Assembly: GCF_037042905.1 (NCBI RefSeq)
Contig: NC_087252.1
Location: 23,128,001-23,192,000 of the forward strand
Direction of reading: 5' to 3'
Length of the DNA: 64,000 nucleotides
Source of the DNA: Lytechinus pictus
Lineage: Eukaryota
The position numbers and the translations under genes were made by a program. Below, in pieces: positions 62,001-64,000 of the stretch. The stretch's first letter is position 1. Each line of letters opens with the position of its first letter. A model generated the notes under the pieces. It was not told where the DNA came from and ran no database searches. It was given only the letters and a program-made list of their open reading frames with translations.

Positions 62001-62005
62001 AAAAC
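33995..62005 (-). CDS. Large extracellular CUB/LDL-receptor class A mosaic protein, 5'-partial (17 exons, 3062 nt, about 1020 aa; order L-L-CUB-L3-CUB-L4-CUB-L3-CUB-L-stop)
   Basis: Each exon is one domain, phase 1-1, with length divisible by 3 (except the terminal exon); LDLa C..F.C....CI.....CD...DC....DE..C and CUB SP.YP..Y ... G(F/L/Y) motifs; no transmembrane segment found in the window. Confidence 0.9.
34922..35275 (-). CDS. CUB exon 4 (Cys-free type)
   Basis: [11 protein letters not shown]...HGFQIQ; ttttcag| and AAG|gtaatt; 354 nt. Confidence 0.9.
37148..37270 (-). CDS. LDLa exon ([40 protein letters not shown])
   Basis: ccctag| and CAG|gtaagt; 123 nt. Confidence 0.92.
38309..38608. 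mobile_element. Palindromic MITE
   Basis: gc.cgtattctgaagtc.ggtttaactt at both ends in inverted orientation. Confidence 0.75.
38635..38760 (-). CDS. LDLa exon with probable GC donor ([41 protein letters not shown])
   Basis: tgtgtag| acceptor; TGTG|gcaagt gives 126 nt in phase 1. Confidence 0.82.
38875..39050 (-). mobile_element. 3' fragment of a non-LTR retrotransposon (LINE) ORF2
   Basis: [16 protein letters not shown] matches the C-terminal CCHC motif of LINE ORF2 proteins. Confidence 0.6.
39371..40429. mobile_element. hAT-Charlie-like non-autonomous element hosting a Kolobok-like insertion
   Basis: ctgtgcttctcaa / ttgagaagcactg ends; flanks ccttagca and ccttattagca. Confidence 0.65.
39615..40206. 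mobile_element. Kolobok-like non-autonomous element, copy 1
   Basis: TTAA|aggagaatgaaac ... gtttaattctcct|TTAA; near-identical to 40964-41546. Confidence 0.8.
40964..41546. mobile_element. Kolobok-like non-autonomous element, copy 2
   Basis: TTAA TSD, same TIR and body as 39615-40206, different flanks. Confidence 0.8.
41980..42600. mobile_element. Helentron/HINE-like element with a tandem array of about 160-bp units
   Basis: Units with tgacctttgacctt..tcatgtgacctgaaact; terminal hairpin gtctcac...gtgagac plus A run; sister copy at 45695-46547. Confidence 0.65.
42670..42810 (-). CDS. LDLa exon ([46 protein letters not shown])
   Basis: accgacag| and CAT|gtaaga; 141 nt. Confidence 0.92.
43082..43356. 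mobile_element. Palindromic MITE
   Basis: gtcttacaaagagttgcgattgatcc / ggatcaatcgtaactctttgtaagat; relative at 48849-50003. Confidence 0.75.
43565..43925 (-). mobile_element. tRNA-derived SINE
   Basis: Reverse A/B boxes and core; same family as 57233-57590. Confidence 0.85.
44931..45272 (-). CDS. CUB exon 3 (two-Cys type)
   Basis: [18 protein letters not shown]...EFHCG; ttcacag| and ACA|gtgagt; 342 nt. Confidence 0.92.
45695..46547. mobile_element. Helentron/HINE-like element with a tandem array of about 160-bp units
   Basis: Same units and terminal hairpin as 41980-42600, with more copies. Confidence 0.65.
46808..47058 (+). mobile_element. tRNA-derived SINE with (TCTA)n tail, nested in a MITE
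   Basis: atctcagtcggtagagc A box, gattcgattccc B box; splits MITE 46775-47198. Confidence 0.7.
47226..47363 (-). CDS. LDLa exon ([45 protein letters not shown])
   Basis: ttttacag| and TTG|gtaggt; 138 nt. Confidence 0.92.
47716..47841 (-). CDS. LDLa exon ([41 protein letters not shown])
   Basis: ctcttgcag| and GTC|gtaaga; 126 nt; absent from the ORF track. Confidence 0.88.
48431..48832. mobile_element. hAT-like MITE
   Basis: tagggttcccagc / gctgggaaccctg, repeated ttccctga subterminal motifs. Confidence 0.65.
48980..49898 (-). mobile_element. Deleted hAT-like transposon with 6-bp TSD and transposase N-terminal remnant
   Basis: TIR caggcatgaaaatt / aattttcatgcctg, TSD caaatg; ORF 49461-49237 ...WRWSWLE...[12 protein letters not shown] truncated inside the zinc finger. 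Confidence 0.8.
50243..50356 (-). CDS. LDLa exon ([37 protein letters not shown])
   Basis: aattcag| and GCC|gtgagt; 114 nt. Confidence 0.93.
51161..51319. mobile_element. Palindromic Harbinger-like MITE
   Basis: gggg..tgtttcat / atgaaacggcccc ends; internal tccgacaag inverted repeats. Confidence 0.7.
51860..51997 (-). CDS. LDLa exon ([45 protein letters not shown])
   Basis: gatccag| and TCG|gtaaag; 138 nt. Confidence 0.92.
52846..53187 (-). CDS. CUB exon 2 (Cys-free type)
   Basis: [15 protein letters not shown]...IEFHA...AGYFL; attttcag| and CGG|gtgagt; 342 nt. Confidence 0.9.
53810..54027 (-). mobile_element. tRNA-derived SINE
   Basis: Reverse complement of the family at 15434-15710. Confidence 0.8.
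54072..54200 (-). CDS. LDLa exon ([42 protein letters not shown])
   Basis: ccttacag| and CAG|gtaaga; 129 nt. Confidence 0.92.
55221..55315 (-). pseudogene. Partial, diverged duplicate of LDLa exon 55476-55598
   Basis: [29 protein letters not shown]; lacks the 5' part and the acceptor. Confidence 0.8.
55476..55598 (-). CDS. LDLa exon ([40 protein letters not shown])
   Basis: cacctcag| and CAA|gtgagt; 123 nt. Confidence 0.9.
55835..56080 (-). mobile_element. tRNA-derived SINE
   Basis: Reverse tRNA-like head, core ggtacccattta, tail motif atagcgct. Confidence 0.75.
57233..57590 (+). mobile_element. tRNA-derived SINE
   Basis: gtggtgtagtgg A box, gttcgaatccc B box, core and (tat)n tail. Confidence 0.85.
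57804..58887. mobile_element. Unclassified TIR element with 4-bp TSD
   Basis: 18-bp TIR cagtcagtccgcaagccc, TSD atta; internal inverted pair ttttagatgggtcagcagccag at 58195 and about 58493. Confidence 0.75.
58948..59103 (-). CDS. LDLa exon ([51 protein letters not shown])
   Basis: actctag| and ACA|gtaagt; 156 nt. Confidence 0.9.
59936..60280 (-). CDS. CUB exon 1 (two-Cys type)
   Basis: IQSPGYP...CYVEW...SYHCG..ARGF; ttaacag| and CAA|gtaggt; 345 nt. Confidence 0.92.
60596..60721 (-). CDS. LDLa exon ([41 protein letters not shown])
   Basis: ttcattcag| and CTG|gtaagc; 126 nt. Confidence 0.93.
60863..61442. mobile_element. Kolobok-like non-autonomous element
   Basis: ttaaagggatcgtttaactttg / caaagtgaaatgatcactttaa. 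Confidence 0.6.
61886..62005 (-). CDS. LDLa exon, most 5' exon found ([39 protein letters not shown])
   Basis: ttcttccag| and TTG|gtaagt; 120 nt. Confidence 0.93.
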
Positions 62006-62269
62006 CTGGAAGAACAAAAGCATATTTTTCTTAATAACTTTCCAACATGCTCCCCAGGGAGTGGAAAAAGTGTGTGCAGGCACGCCAGAACCTAATCAGT
62101 AGTTTGATGCATTAGAATTTATTTAAATACAATACACACTCCTCTTCATTAATTAATTTGCCAAGACACAGGACGTGTGCTTATCAACATAATATTCGTT
62201 TTATAGGTCCGAAAAAGAGAAACAATTTATCTAAAGACATCAGAAATGCACTATCTTTGAATTACTTAA

Positions 62270-63035
62270 CCCTCAATCTCCCGGGGTATTTTGATTCTTG
62301 TCAATCCCGGGGGGGGGGGGCCATTATGGCCCCCCCTTAAGATCTTGGCCGCCGATTGCGCGAGCGACGCAAAAATTTGCACACTGGTAGTGTGCGATGT
62401 AATCTACAAGGCTGTATGGTAAAATTTTCCAAAATAATGAGATTTTATTTTATATGAATTAATTATGCTAATTTATGCATAAATCATACTTTTTGCTATA
62501 ATTCACTAAATGAAGCTCCTAGAATGCTAATTTTTGGTAAAAAAATTCTTTGTAGCAATCTTAACAATCGCAATTAAAAAAACTTCGGTTCGGAAATCAA
62601 TTTCTTATGTATTTTATTGTTTTATGAATTTCTTATGTATTTCTTTGTTTTTTTTCCTTTTTGTTTTTTATTGTTTTTTCAATGGAAATCATTCCAGACT
62701 TAGATCTGATCATAAACAAGGTAAAATTAATTCAGTTTAATCAGTAAAAGTAGAAATAATGATACATTTATGAATTTTGGCTAAATACACAATTTGCATT
62801 GGATTTGTACATGAAATCACGTTTATGAGCCATTTTGGGTCTGACATGCACTTACATAATGTTGCGTAATGTCGTAACCGTGTACCCGGGCATCACAAAT
62901 TTGGTCTCAAAATTTGCGCGAGACTTGAAAGTAAAAAGTCAGTGAGCGGCGAGGTCAAAAAAATTTGCGCAGCAGATATATCGCGAAAATTGTCAAGGGG
63001 GGGCCATTATGGCCCCCCCCCCGGGAGAATTAGGG
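62270..63035. mobile_element. piggyBac-like non-autonomous element
   Basis: TTAA|ccct...aggg|TTAA; subterminal gggggccattatggccccc palindromes. Confidence 0.8.
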
Positions 63036-63849
63036 TTAAGACAACACTTAATAAGAAAATACTTACATCCGGTCCCTAAATTGATAGATTTGCTTAGTTT
63101 CAGTTGTGGGTTGATTGGTTTGACAATTTGTTTAATGTTTCGTCTGATATAATGTATATAAAGTTGCCCTGATTTGTTTTTGTTTTTTTCCCTCGTTATG
63201 TAATGTACTTAAGTTTTTTTTCATTATGTCTTTATTGTCTATATATCATGGTGCACACATAACAAGCTCAGCTTACAGAGTTGCTACCTCCATTGTATTG
63301 TAAATTTTTTGAAAATGTATTAATGTCTTATCTTTGGAAATAAATGTTGAATTGAATTGAATAATCACTCGATATTACAAGCACTTACAGAAGACTTTCT
63401 GGCCTAAGCACTACATGCAATCTACAATGAAAATAGGGTATTTGCAGAAACTTATGAAATGGTATTATACATGTATATGCAAGGCGCTTGACGTTAGATA
63501 ATTTTTCTAAGTTTGCCAGTCGAGAAATCAGTTCTTGGAAGAAACGATCAGAAGAGGTGGTCTCAGTACAAATTCTTTTGACAAGATAATCACAAATAGA
63601 AAGTGTAATCTAAATAAGAGATTCTTTTCCTAATTGACAACAATAACTAAGTTAGTATAAAAAGAACAGAAATACATTTACTTAAAGCTCACAAAGAAGC
63701 TGAACTACAATCGTTCCTGACAATTGCCTTTTGGTGTATTTATAAATATATACTTATAAGAAATCAATCAGGAATAGATTGTCATAAATTTAGCTTGAAA
63801 TACTTACTTGAAAGGGAAATTTCTAAAAGAATCAAAGAAGATATGAACA

Positions 63850-64000
63850 TTGAGAATAATAATAATATAGGATTTGTATAGCGCATGTATCCACCTTGCT
63901 AGGTGCTCCTATATTACCCCGGCTAAGCTAGTCTACCGATTCTGGTGTGCACAGCTTTTTGAGGAATTACTTCCTGCCGGTACCCATTTACCTCACCTGG
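63850..64000 (-). mobile_element. SINE 3' part, cut by the window edge
   Basis: ggtacccatttacctcacctgg core and (aat)n tail. Confidence 0.7.

Noticed and set aside
33995..62005. Naming the mosaic gene LRP2/megalin, cubilin, matriptase or GRL101
   Set aside because: No EGF/YWTD, serine-protease, LRR or 7TM exons were found in the window; shared domains do not establish orthology

Overview
AT-rich, repeat-dense, intron-containing animal DNA; the repeat repertoire suggests a marine invertebrate, probably an echinoderm such as a sea urchin (inference only). It holds three protein-coding loci. (1) The last one or two exons of an unidentified + strand gene at 67-840. (2) A complete EBAG9/RCAS1 orthologue on the - strand: 4 coding exons, 17103->8844, 232 aa, assembled by hand with GT-AG introns. 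(3) The 3' part of a large extracellular mosaic gene on the - strand: 17 phase-1 exons, 62005->33995, about 1020 aa, 13 LDLa plus 4 atypical CUB domains, with its 5' end beyond the window. The mosaic gene is the most unusual object. It is built from a duplicated 9-exon unit, alternates Cys-free CUBs with CUBs carrying a non-canonical Cys pair, appears to use one GC-AG intron, and ends at a stop that looks frameshift-derived, followed by a decayed LDLa pseudo-exon. The rest is mostly non-autonomous DNA transposons, often nested and with 2-8 bp target-site duplications (TSDs), plus tRNA-derived SINEs, Helentron/HINE-like minisatellite carriers and microsatellites. No prokaryotic system or CRISPR array is present. 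All exon calls are manual and unverified by transcripts.
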